This document shows positions 38,235 through 50,171 of a stretch of DNA of 64,000 nucleotides, piece after piece. Where the stretch lies: contig CM007992.1 of the NCBI GenBank assembly GCA_002189035.1, positions 3,410,001 to 3,474,000 of the forward strand. The letters are read 5' to 3'. The notes under the pieces are model-generated. The model had not been told where the DNA came from, searched no databases, and saw only the letters and a list, made by a program, of their open reading frames with translations. Every line of letters begins with the position of its first letter. Position 1 is the first letter of the stretch. Position numbers and translations under genes: made by a program. This stretch comes from Utricularia gibba. Lineage: Eukaryota; Plantae; Magnoliophyta.

Positions 38235-39035
38235 TTATACAGGAGTTTTTGTGACCATTACTACCTTAAGACTCCGAAGAGGGGTGCGGTGGTTGCTGAG
38301 GCCACATTTGCTGAGTGATGAAGGGACGAGGCTGCTGGATATAAAGAGTGGATCAACAGGCTTTCCTACAAACATGCCCGGGACTCCAACTGATGACTGT
38401 GGAGGCTGACGAGGCATGTAGTAATATGGAAGTCCTTCAGTGGGAGCCCCCATCGGGACAGGCCCTCTTGGAACCGAAGCAAGCATCTCATCCTTCAGGT
38501 CCTCCCGTGGCACAATGTCAACCAAGAAGTCGAATATGTCGGTCCTTGTAATGGCTGCAGCGATGTCATTTTTCTGAAGGGTCCTCCTTTTGCTCTCCTC
38601 GGTGTGATTCCATGCTCGTAAAGTCAGCTCAAGGATGAACATTTCACATGCTCGGGCGAAGATGACAGGGGCTTCAGCAGATATCATTCGAACATCCTCA
38701 TCAGCTTTCATTATTTTCTTGATCCTCGCCAATGGCAAGCTGTGGTTCTTGAAATCTCTCACCTGATCGATTTCTTCATACTGGTTAGCCCAGAACTGCT
38801 GGAGCTGCTGCTGCAATTGCTGCTGCTGTTGCTGATGCATGTGTTGATAAGCAAGCTGTTGCTGTGCCAGATGAACAGCAGACTGGGCGGGAAGACCGGA
38901 GGCGTGAGGAGATTCAGCTGAGGCGCCGGATAAACCTAGAGGGGCTCCAGTAACTTGGTTGCTCTGATACGGATTCATACTAAACAGGCCCTGACTGGAG
39001 CTGCCTGGAACCTGAGCGTTTCCCTGCTGCTCCAT
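38235..39035 (-). CDS. NF-YC: Nuclear factor Y subunit C (histone fold); C-terminal frameshift as assembled
   Basis: QQLQQFWANQ..DFKNHSLPLARIKKIMKADEDVRMISAEAPVIFARACEMFILELTLRAWNHTEESKRRTLQKNDIAAAITRTDIFDFLVDIVPR. The expected tail LYIQQPRPFITQQMWPQ lies in another frame (stop 38268-38266). Confidence 0.96.
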   Translation of the reverse strand: MEQQGNAQVPGSSSQGLFSMNPYQSNQVTGAPLGLSGASAESPHASGLPAQSAVHLAQQQLAYQHMHQQQQQQLQQQLQQFWANQYEEIDQVRDFKNHSLPLARIKKIMKADEDVRMISAEAPVIFARACEMFILELTLRAWNHTEESKRRTLQKNDIAAAITRTDIFDFLVDIVPREDLKDEMLASVPRGPVPMGAPTEGLPYYYMPRQPPQSSVGVPGMFVGKPVDPLFISSSLVPSSLSKCGLSNHRTPLRSLKVVMVTKTPV

Positions 39036-40292
39036 TTGTAGTTCTTAGAAACCCTACAAAGGTTTCAGCTTTCAAACAACCATCATCCAGTATCCAAAAA
39101 CGCGTACACAAATGATCATCTTAAGCAGCAACACTCTCAGAAATAATAAAATAATGGGTTGAGAATGATTAAAAAAGCAAAAGATGTTTCCACTGAAACT
39201 CAAAACAGTCAAGCTCCATCAATTGTTCATCTACTCTGCAGATAGAAACTAAGAACAGCAACTACCTTTTTAACTTCTAAATTAACAAAACCAACCTTCA
39301 CTCAATCCACTCAATCATGCCAAGGCCTAATACTATATTCATGAATCATTCAGCATGGTTAATCTGATAATCAAAACTCTGTGCTAACCTAACCAACCCA
39401 AGTTGCTACAATATCCATGAAATGAACCCTCCCCCTACCATGCATCCCACCAAAAAAAAGTCACACTTACAGCAGAAAGCCCCAAAACATGCAAAAACTA
39501 TCCTATGAAATCAATAAAACCTCAAAAAAGTGTAACATAAATCCAAACCGCTGGACCCCGGATACATACACAAACCCTGTACCTGGTGATTGGAGCCAAC
39601 GAAGTTTGAAGCAACGATTAACAACTAGTTAGGGTTTCTGGGAAACGCAAAAGCGATTCCAAATCCAAAAACAATTCGTCAACGAGCCCATAAACCGCTT
39701 TCAGTATTCAACGACGCCTAAAAATCTGTAGCCGATTTGCTCATACATCACACCATACCGCTACACTTCTACACACGCGCGGATATATATAAATTCAGTG
39801 CACTCACACACACACGCACAAAAATAGGCGCGTCAGCATCTACGCCGCCGTGGCAATCGTCCGCTCCAAATCCTGGCTCATGGTTCCGTTCGCCATGCCC
39901 TGTCGAACCCAAGGCGGTGCTAGTTCGCAGTTTTACCAATTAAACCATTATTTAATATATAATTAAAATATATTATCAAATTAAAACCTCATTAATTAAA
40001 ATAATTACATACGAAACCGCCATGGACACGACAACCGAACCGCCAGCTCACGACAGCCGGCCGGCCTAACCGGATACGGCCAACCCAGAAATTCATTTCT
40101 ATGCACACAAGAGAAACGAAACCTCAATTGCTTTTTATTAGCTTTGTGTACAACAAACACAAGGGAAAGTAAACCGAACGAGTCACTGCAGAAAACCGAA
40201 CAAGCTACGAACCCGGTTCTTGTACTGCATTGGAGCCCCGGCAAAGGATCTCTTACTGTAACAGGATAGGCACATCTATTTCCCTAATGCGA

Positions 40293-41514
40293 TCACGCTT
40301 GCCCCCTCACCTGTAATGACATTCTCTAATCAGCACAGGGTTCAATCATTGGATCCTACTACGAAGTTGCAACTGACAGGAATGTGTGTGAACTGAAGGG
40401 CTTCAATGAGGAGCCAGTGTGATTCTTGTGGTGTGTGGAGCTCTAGACATGGAGATCTGGAAGTGGGAAAATGAGTAAATGTTGGAAGAGGCTCTATTAC
40501 CATGAACTTGGCTCCCCAGATTTCTTCCTCTGGGGCAAAGACAGCAGTGATCTTGTTTTTGGGGTTCTCATAGCATCTGATTTCCCCGAACTCGGTGGAG
40601 AAGAAGCACCCTGCAGAAGTGTTTAACCGGAGGTGAGATCATGGAAATACTGCAATTTGTATGGTGAGAAAGTCATATCCACCTTGTGGGAATGAAGCGA
40701 GGGACTTCCCACAGGCGCCCTTGAGCAAATTTGCATCGTTCCCGAAAGCAACATAGCCATCTGCAGTTATTCCCCAGTACAGAGGAACCTTATTTTCTTG
40801 ATCCTGAAACAGATTGAAACATTGTTTAGCAATGATATTAAGGGGAATGTTGAAGTCGATTGAGGATCACTCACTGTAGCAACAAATAAAGTTGATGTGG
40901 ACTTGTCAAAGATGATGAAAGAAAATCTCCCATCCAAATGGCCAACCATGTGGCTTGCTGGATAGGGAGCTCGATCACGAAGCGCCTTGTAGGCTTCAAT
41001 CACTAGAAGAACTTCGTTTGCAGATTTTGCCAAACCGTATTGCTGTTTCAAACTCCCCAGATTATCTAGAGCTCCCTCGAATAAACAGAATATGTCGTCT
41101 TTGACAGCAAATGACCTGCAAATCATCGTAAATAAGTCAGATCCACGTGAAATCTGGAACCCTCATCTCTTCAACAACACAAAGAAATGCATCAGGGGAG
41201 TCGCCATTCGCATCTCAGCAACTCAGATGGCAAATCTAGACAAAACCCACAAACCAATTTCGTCCAAACTGCTTAATCCAACTGGATTTGGAGACAAAAG
41301 AAAGAACATGCCTCGGCTGTAAAATGGACTCGTTCGAGTGAGTGTAAGCAAGGTTGACTTCACTTCCGACCTGCATCGACACCGCGGACGAATTAGCATC
41401 CAAAAACCGAGCCAAAAGCTTATCCGCCGTGGCCTTGGGTGACGGCGTCTTGCTCCCTGCCGTCACCAGCTCCTCCGGCGGCGACACTATCGAGCTGCTG
41501 AAGATTCCCAACAT
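40293..41514 (-). CDS. Wali7/stem-specific TSJT1-like (aluminium-induced, Ntn-hydrolase-like) protein, 5 exons
   Basis: MLGIFSSSIVSPPEELVTAGSKTPSPK..LAYTH..PR|SFAVKDDIFCLFEGALDNLGSLKQQYGLAKSANEV..IEAYKALRDRAPYP..|KVPLYWGITADG..CGKSLASFPQG|CFFST..ENPKNKITAV. Intron 1 is GC-AG. Confidence 0.94.
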
Positions 41515-42783
41515 CTTCTCAAAAACACCCCGAATTCCACTCCAAGCAGACACTCGAGCTACTTTTCCGGCCAATGAAACGACTCTCCTGTACCGTCCTC
41601 ACGAAGATCCCACTTTATAGCGGTGACAGGGCACCGAATTGCAATTTCAACAAATTAGGGGGCCGATCGAAATAATAATCACTGAACTTTTGGGTAAATA
41701 TCTTGGTAAGAGTGGGACCCATTCCACGGCCCCACACGCGATCCAATAATTTGCTCTGTGCCCCATCCCATTATATAAAAATATTATTTAAAAAAAATCA
41801 ATCAATTATTGGTTTGTTGCTTTGACTTCTTTTATTTCCAGCCTTTTCTTTTACTTTCCGAATTTTATGTGGGTATAAATATTCTGTAGTATAAATAATC
41901 CAAAAAATGAAATTTCAAATAAATTTAAAAAAAAAAATCCAAATTTTGAGAATATTTCATTAGTGAAAAAAAAATCTAAAATCCAAAATTTCGATAAAAT
42001 TTAAAATATTTCCCAATTGCTTTATAATGTTTGATAGAATATTTTAATTTATTTATATGAATAAAATGAATTTAAATAAAGATGAAAAATTCAATATATA
42101 AAATCAAGATTATTATTTAAAAAAGAATTGAATATCATGTATTAGACATAAATTTTGGTAATTGATTGAAAAAAGTACATAATATTTTTCAATTAAAAAA
42201 TAATTTTTTTAAAAGGTGAAAAAGAATAATAATACATATTATTGTATGGATTTGGATTTGAAAACCATGGTACGGTACCCGGTTTCCTTATATAGTTTTT
42301 TTCTTTCTGTGGGCGGAATGGATGACGAGAATTTCATTCCAAACTGCTCCCACTCTTTACCCATCCAAAAGTAGAAACTCCTTTTGATTTACGTAACCAA
42401 ATCGTGTTTCTTTTTTTCAATTAATAATTTATCGTCAATTATAAAATCTTGCCGTACCGTTTGTTATTTATATATTAAATAAATGTATTCATTTAAATCA
42501 ATTTTTAAGGATTAAGTTTCATCCTTGTGTATTTTGTCCCTAAATTTAACATACCTTGCAACAAATACTCTGCAACGCCCATTGAACACAACCGAGGGAT
42601 TTTATATTAAATTTTTATTATGTTAAATGTTTTATTTCAATAAACGGAATTTTTTACGTTAAATTTTATATGAATAATTTGATAAAAGGAATTTTAGAAA
42701 TTATTTTAATAAAATAGTAAACCAATGAAAATCAATTTTACACATTAATTTTGAAGATCAAATGTTAGCCTCCCAGTGAGGAC

Positions 42784-43188
42784 TCAGGGAATGCGAGTGC
42801 AGTTCAGTTGTCTTGCAATTCTTGGATTACTCACTGAAGCAGGAGACGAAAGCACTGCGAGCCCACCATTTGGGTTGTTATATACAAGCTTCGGATGGAG
42901 AAACAAAGGCGGCGGCAGGAAGAAGCATGAGCTCTTGAAGTGGAACCGATGGGGGAAACTGTAACAGCGAATGTCAACCCTGCTGCTGCTGGAGCTCCAT
43001 TGCTTCTTCTGGGGTTTTGGTTCCAAGTTTTCACTTGTCAGTTCATTAATGGAATCACATACCCTTTCCAGGCGGCCTGATTCCTCCATCTTTTCTAGCT
43101 GTGGAAGATTTTGAAGCCAGGAGATTTCATGGTTACAGAGGAATAAGGCTCTGGAAATCAGGAATCTGGGAGGTTTTCGGTTGAACAA
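42784..43188 (-). CDS. Unassigned 134-aa ORF
   Basis: Coding-like composition in an otherwise AT-rich flank; no recognisable motif. Confidence 0.2.
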   Translation of the reverse strand: MFNRKPPRFLISRALFLCNHEISWLQNLPQLEKMEESGRLERVCDSINELTSENLEPKPQKKQWSSSSSRVDIRCYSFPHRFHFKSSCFFLPPPLFLHPKLVYNNPNGGLAVLSSPASVSNPRIARQLNCTRIP

Positions 43189-43265
43189 AGGATACTTATG
43201 CTTCTAGAACAGTAGCTCACACAGTCTATATGAGTAGATTTCTCCCTAAACGTATAGCTTACGAG

Positions 43266-44464
43266 TTAGAACTCCCTCCGGGCATCAAAATCAGAGCATT
43301 TACTGTTCTCGGTGGAAGAAAAACCGAGCATGGAACTTCCCAAGTTGAATTCCAGGAAGCGATTTTCTAGTTGGAGGGAACCAAGAACAATGGGATCATT
43401 CTGGTTCAAGCCTCCATCCATGAATCCCAAACACATTACTTCATCATTGACATGAACAAGTGAATTGCTATGGAAAATTCTCCAGGCAACCACCTCACTC
43501 TGCAGAATGAGATCGATAACAGGCAGATCCCTGGCAGCTTTTGAACTGAAACAGATATCAAAAGGAGCTATGGGGGAAACCAGGGAGAAGTTCGAAGAGA
43601 CGGCTGCCTCAACGTATGCCTTGACAAATGTATGATACATCTGTGTTTCCATGGTTGTGTATGGCAACAGAGTGCTAAGCTTCGCACTCACAGAGCCCCT
43701 TTCAGGGAAGCTCAATTTCTTTCCTGAAATCTTAATCGCTTGAAGATTTATGTAGTACCCAAAAGAGTTTTCTTTGTTGGAAATCAGTGGAGTGTAGATG
43801 GTACTACTTTGAGTCTCGAATGGGTTCCCACCCAGAAAAATGGCGCCTCTTGTAGGTGACAAACAGATTGAAAACTTCCTCTCGAAAACCCCAAATGCAG
43901 AGGAAAATTGCGAGGGAAGAGAGATTCTCGAATTACCCAGACCAAGAACGCCCTTGGATGAGGCGGGTAGCCCTTCAGCAATGAATCGGGGGCACACGAA
44001 AACAGGAACTGCTCGATTTTAGCTGAAGAATCAGAGGTTAAATCGTGGAGGAATCGAAGAGCCAATTCGTCTTCATTCATTTCCGAAGACGCAGAAACCC
44101 CAGAAACCGCGTTCTCCGCCGCTAACATACACATCTTGGATTGGCCATCTGACCCACGAGAACAGCAGCTTTTCACGCCGTACCCCATGGCGCATTTGAG
44201 CGAGCAGCTGTCAACTGATTTCCGAGATCTAGAAGACGAACCCGCCCCACAATGAACCCAAGCAAACGGGGCATTCAGATCAAGCACAAGCTTCAAAGGG
44301 GCCCGAGTTTGACCCAAAGAAACAGCGGCAACATAGTGAAGAGTTAGCGGATCTTTAGCAACCGAGATCAACGCAGCTTTTGGCAAGATCGCGTTTTGAG
44401 GAACGGAGCCGCTACTACAGCTAACAAGAAGAAACAAAACAATAACCCCAACGGAGGAAACCAT
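43266..44464 (-). CDS. Basic 7S globulin / XEGIP / TAXI-like protein (pepsin fold, probably non-catalytic); 1-nt frameshift as assembled
   Basis: Signal peptide from ATG 44464, KDPLTLHY, LVLDLNAPFAWVHC, FLFSCAP, GVLGLG...SLPSQ, YYINLQAIKISG, AKLSTLLPYT (no second catalytic Asp), PFDICF, IDLIL, WRIF..NSLV, CLGFMDGG, VLGSLQLENRFLEFNL. Frame break at 43971-43973. Confidence 0.92.
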
Positions 44465-45042
44465 GGAAACAACCCAGCTTGATAGTGGCTGCAGTATCCG
44501 CGGCGGAAAGTCGCTGCTACCATATACATATGCTGAAATTCTCCATTCGTCCTGGATAAGATAAGCAGAATTGAACACCTTTTGGATAGATATGCCACGC
44601 CCATGCCTGCTCATTTCCACCTACCGGATACGTGGCAGCGACGGCAGCATAGGAGGAAAAAAACAAAACCTTTTCATATTAAGTTATCTTCTCATCTTAA
44701 AATTAATAAATGTATCCGATACAAAAAAAAAGGGATATCCAGTATTGGATTCCGGAGTCCTGCATTCAAAAGACGGGACAGGACTCACCTCCGGCCGGCG
44801 CGGTAGTAATTCGCCGCCACCTGCCCCGGCACCGCCGTCCGGGTCTTCTTGCTCGGCGTAATTGATGTATTTTAAGTAATATTTCAACCCCGACCCTAAT
44901 AATTAAATCAAACCGGGTCCCACTAAGGACACATTGGTAATTTACAAATTAACAACAGAACACCATGTGAGGGGTATATATGTCTTATCACACGATATGT
45001 TATACGATCATGCCATGTCATGCCACCATGTTCATCCAGCAC

Positions 45043-46472
45043 TCACATTATGCTGCAGCTTTGAGTGTTTTCATCGCTGAACATCGAGTAATGGTCGCCC
45101 CGATCGTCCGGCGGGGACGGCGGGTAGTACATGTACGGCGGAGGGTAAGAGGAAGGCATGTAGCTGACGGCGGGCGGCGGGGGGGCGTACACCATCGGAT
45201 GAAACCTCTCGTTGCCGTTGGCCCTCTGTGAATTCATCATCATCGTGGCGTATTGTTGCTGCTGGTGGTACGGATTCCCGGGCATCGCACCGACGGTGGA
45301 GGGGACCGGAAAAGATGGGAGGTTTGGGATATGGGTCATGCCAGATGATGCATTCATGGGGATGCCATGGTGCCCATCAATCATACCCTTCTTTGACCCA
45401 TAATTACCTAAGAAACTGAGAGCCGCACCACCGGCGCTGCCGTACTTGGTCGGCATCCCATCGCCGGTTTTGCTCTCCGGCTTCCCACCTTTCCCCTGAA
45501 TCTGGTTCCCTCCTCCACCACTACCACCGCCCTTCTTGTCCTCGCCGCCGAAATTGATCGAAACGGAAAGTGGCTCCTTTCTTAGAGGGATCCAACATAT
45601 TCTTATTCATCATCATCTGGGGAATTTTTCCACTTGCAGGCTTCAGTTTAGGTTCAGTCTCATCCTCAAATTCATCTTCATCCTCAAGATCATCATCATC
45701 ATCAAATTCCTCATCAGATTCAAACTCGTCATCGCTAAAATCATCCTCCTCTGGCAACGTAAACCTCACACACTTCTGATCTTTACCGTTTCCAGGAGGT
45801 TTCATCTGGGCCAAATGATTCTTTAGATCCTGGATCCCCTTAATCTGATGGGATTCACTTGCCACTTCTGAGGATGATTCTTGTTGTTCCCACCATCACC
45901 ATTACCAGCATTCTTCCCATTCCCAGGTTGCAGATTCCTCATCTGGTTCACGTTGATAGCATTGCTGGGCTTGGCTGCACCCCAAAGCTCGGCAAACTTC
46001 CCATTCTTGTTGAGCTTCTTGATGAGTGTAGCTGGATCAACATTACCTGAAACTGTAACCTTTCCCAGCTCTGCATCTATGGAGGTGGTGTACACACCTG
46101 TTTCAAAAAGATGGCAACAGGAAGAAAAAGAAAGTGTAAAGATGTCCTTTTGACCAGTCCATTGCTCTAATCGCTGTGATTCGTTACAGCACGAGGAATC
46201 TAGATAAAGCATTCACATTCCATACCCTCAATCTTGTGCAAGGTTTTCTTCACTTTCTGTTTACAGCCATCGCAGTGAATATTGACTTTGAGGACGCATG
46301 TCTGTAGTTAACCAGAAGAGGGGAAAAAAAGCGTTAAGTAGAATAACAGAACAAAAACAAAAGCTTACAGCCGAAGGAACACGTTCGCAGAAAAAATACA
46401 ATTAAAAAGGACAGTGAGAAAAAAGAAGAAGAAGAAGCTCACCTGGATCTTCAAAAACTGTTCACTACTCAT
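45043..46472 (-). CDS. HIPP: Heavy-metal-associated isoprenylated plant protein (HIPP, long Gly/Asp-rich clade); frameshifted as assembled
   Basis: [10 protein letters not shown]|[19 protein letters not shown] (HMA CxxC)|[22 protein letters not shown]..., acidic tract, [24 protein letters not shown] (CaaX). Frame breaks near 45851 and 45567. Confidence 0.93.
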
Positions 46473-46988
46473 TTTTAATACCTTCAGAAACGAACCCAGT
46501 GAGAAGAAACCAAATGGGGTAGATCTGCAACGATGAAGATTTCAAGAAACAACGAAAAGGTCAGTTCCCCAGACGCAGAAAACCCATTGAGAGCGAGAAA
46601 GGACCATTACCCTTAACTCCTCTGTTTCAGAGAAAGGAAACCAAGAAACTTGTGCAGCAGATGATTTCCCTTAAAACAAACAAAACGCAGAGCGATGCAC
46701 AACGAAGAAGAAGACGAAATGAGCTGAAATGGAGGTCTTCCCTCACTCGAACTCCCCTATTTTCGCCATCCCAGATCCCTTAACAGATTGAAAATGCAAT
46801 GAGAGACACCCCCCCTCCAACCCCAACATCCCAGCATGATTCTTTTGCATAACCGTTAGTCCACGGGATTGGGCTAAGGCAGACCATGGTGAAGGGGCTA
46901 GTTAGTCATTTCACTAACCATGGTTAGCAAGACTCCAAAATCTCTTCCATTTATTGCCTGCAAACACTGACAGATGGTCACCCATCAA

Positions 46989-47008
46989 CAAATAAATAAA
47001 TAAATAAA
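46989..47008. repeat. (AAAT)n microsatellite
   Basis: aaataaataaataaataaat. Confidence 0.7.
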
Positions 47009-48537
47009 TGGAGTATTCAAATTATTACTGCATATTACTGTTTACTATTTAAAAATATATTTTAAAAAAATTATTATGTTTGATACACTGTTTTTGCCGA
47101 CAGACAGATAATTTATAATTATATGAACTAATTCAATCATATTTATCAAAATTTTTATTTTATGTTAGTTATATTTTTAATATTTATTTTAATATACTTC
47201 TAAAAAGTAAAATAATATTTTTAATTATAAAAATATGTCACATATTCGTTTAATTATAATGAATTAAATTATTCCGATGAGGGGTTGGATAGTCATTTAC
47301 CCCGCTCCCCCACATGATTTCGATGTCTCAACTGATTCAATTCCCCAACACCCATGCTACATGCATGAGCCAGTGCCATCATCCATTTATCTTATTAACT
47401 TAAAAAATAATATAGATATATATATATATATATTAATTATTTTTTTCACCACATGATGGTTATTTTTTCAAATCATGTTACATGCATGTGCCATGCATTC
47501 CTTGAAAAGATAATTAATAATTTTAAAAATATGTTAAAAAATTGCAAAAAATTCCTTTTTTAAATTGTCCGCATTATAATTCATATAATTTAATTTCATT
47601 ATTGATAATGATTCATGAATTATGCATGGTCAAAAACAATTGTACTGAGTTGACTAACCCTTAGTACTAGCTAGCATTTTTTTAATCATTTTTATGTTAA
47701 ATTTAGTTATAAAAATAAATATTTGACTTTCAGAATTTTTTTTTTTTTAATAAAAATTATTAATTGAAACCCTCTAATTCGAAATTTTAATTCTTCTGTT
47801 TGAACCGGTTTAAGCTAATTCGATGGTGGTTATGTCTGGGCTTGTGATCCATGGGTCCTACCCGGGCCCGTATACCCGACTCCGGCTCTACCGGGGCCCA
47901 TCAGGTTGATGGGTACTTGCGAAACCGTGTTTGTTCGAGGGAAGTGTGAGGTGTACATCATGGGGGTACAAAGGTAATTTGGTTATGAATAAATATGGGA
48001 GAAATGAGAAGGATACAAAATTGATAATTTTATTTAAAAACATTTATCATTCATACCACTTATTTAAGTGTATTGCACACTTTTATTTAAGAAGTATTAT
48101 CAATTTTATTATCACAATACATGTTCCTCATGTATAATATAATTAGTTTCACATATTTTACTTTTCTAATTTTACATTCATAAAAATAACTCATTCAATA
48201 TTAAAAGAATCTTTATATTTAAATACATTCCCTCATCTATTTTTAATTAATGTGTAATATCATAATCAAACATCTAATCTTACATTCGTACTTTCTTTAA
48301 CACTCAACATCATGTTCTTTATCCCATCATTGACACATGTAAGTATTTAACTCTAATATCAAATATTATGATAAATGATATTAATTATTTTAGCATTCAA
48401 TTCTTATGATTTTATGTTTTTATCTTTCAAGAAAAAAGTTGTAATATCATAATATTAAATATTATCACGAGTATATTTGTGTTACATTTATCAATTTTTC
48501 TGGTTTTTAAAAAATTTGACAATTTTATCATTTTTTA

Positions 48538-49276
48538 CTACAAAAAGGGAAAAAAGTTCTGAAGATGGAGATGGAAATTATGAATGTAGGTGTGGACCGA
48601 GAACTGGATGGCTATGGACAACACAGCGCTTGGTGCAACGAAAGAGGTGAAGAAGAACAGCATCACATGTGCAGTTGTAGTAGCAGAAGGCACACGTCCC
48701 GCCCCCGACAGAAGACTGGAAAACGCAGAAACGCATGCGTGTCGTAACATGACGCACCGAAATGGCGAACGGCTGTAGCTCACTGTGATCATCCATTTGC
48801 TTGGGCGAAGACAGGGAGGTGCAGTCGCAGAAGAGCTGAAGTCGCTGTCCTGGTTCAGAGACACCGACACCCAGAAACCATCATGTGATGAGGAAGCGGA
48901 GAAGGGGTTTCGGGAGTTGGATCCATTGCCTGCTGCTGCGGCGCTGGGGCTCTGCAGAGCTGCAGCAAATGTCTCGAGGCTGGGACCAGAGGAGCGCCCA
49001 GATGCAGACGTGATCAGGAATCTGGTCAAGGACGAAGGATCATTGGGGGTGACGGGAGCACCAGGACGCGAAGACTGGACCCAGCTCGGCATATTTGCCC
49101 TCACCTCTTGGGCCACAGCGCCATGGGGAAAGAACCACATCGGAAATCACATTCTTGTTCATGTGACTTGGGTTGTACCCCTAAAGCCTCGATGTAGAGA
49201 TTGTGTGCTTGCCTACATTATGATACTTAAGTTGGACATAAAAAAAGCTTATTTTATATCAAAGAACATATGTTAA
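48538..49276. other. GC-richer island with long overlapping ORFs on both strands; unidentified gene or remnant
   Basis: 200-aa ORF on the minus strand (49140-48538). On the plus strand one frame runs 48590-49276 with a single TAG at 48776-48778. Confidence 0.3.
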
Positions 49277-50171
49277 TTATATATATGGATAAGTAGTGAT
49301 ATTTAAGTACCATGAATAAGGTATTAAACAATTTTATTATTTAGACTTTATGATAGTAAATTATTTTATCATACTCACATGCTTTGAAAATTGAAAATCT
49401 TCTTTGTGTCAAGATAGGAATCTCAAATCTCATATGTCTTGGTTGTTCTGACCATTTTATACCTTAGCCGAACGCTAACATAAGACTATCTTTAAATACA
49501 AAACCTTCATTGGATGACAAGCATTCCATAACTTGATGTGATTACCTCGAAATGAGTTTCAAAATAGTAGGTTGCAACAACATAAATCATCATGATTTGA
49601 AAGATATCGATATCATTTAATCTATGAACCTCTATCAATTTTTTTAAATTCTTATTTTAATTATTTTAATAACATTTATAGTTTTACTTATTTTTAAAAG
49701 ATATGTACAAACGAAAATGAAACGATAGAAATACAAGATAAAAGATTACCAAAATGGATGATGAGGAGAGTCTATGATGCAACTTCATTTTTTCCCCCCT
49801 GCTTCAAATTTTTTTAATAAAATTTTAAAATTAAAAGTTTTAACTATACAAAAGGTTCAATATCCCAAGCCCATTACTGGGCCCATATGAGGCTCATTTT
49901 ATTTAGGGTTTGAGTAGTTTTAGGCCCATTTAGAGCATTACGGACTATGGTTGTTTTCATGGCTTCTAGGGTTGAGCTTTCAACGAGAGCTAGTCTCTGT
50001 CCGAGACTCGATTTTTTGTTACTCACTTCCGAAGCCTCAATGCGCTTCCTTTTTCTCATTGATTTGCAGGTCGCAGCTTTGAGACCGCAGCGGCTTATGA
50101 TTTTGCCATGAATTGATGTGGGGGGATATCGTTCGTTCTGGCAATTTGGGTTGTGAGAGAAGCCTCCGCGA

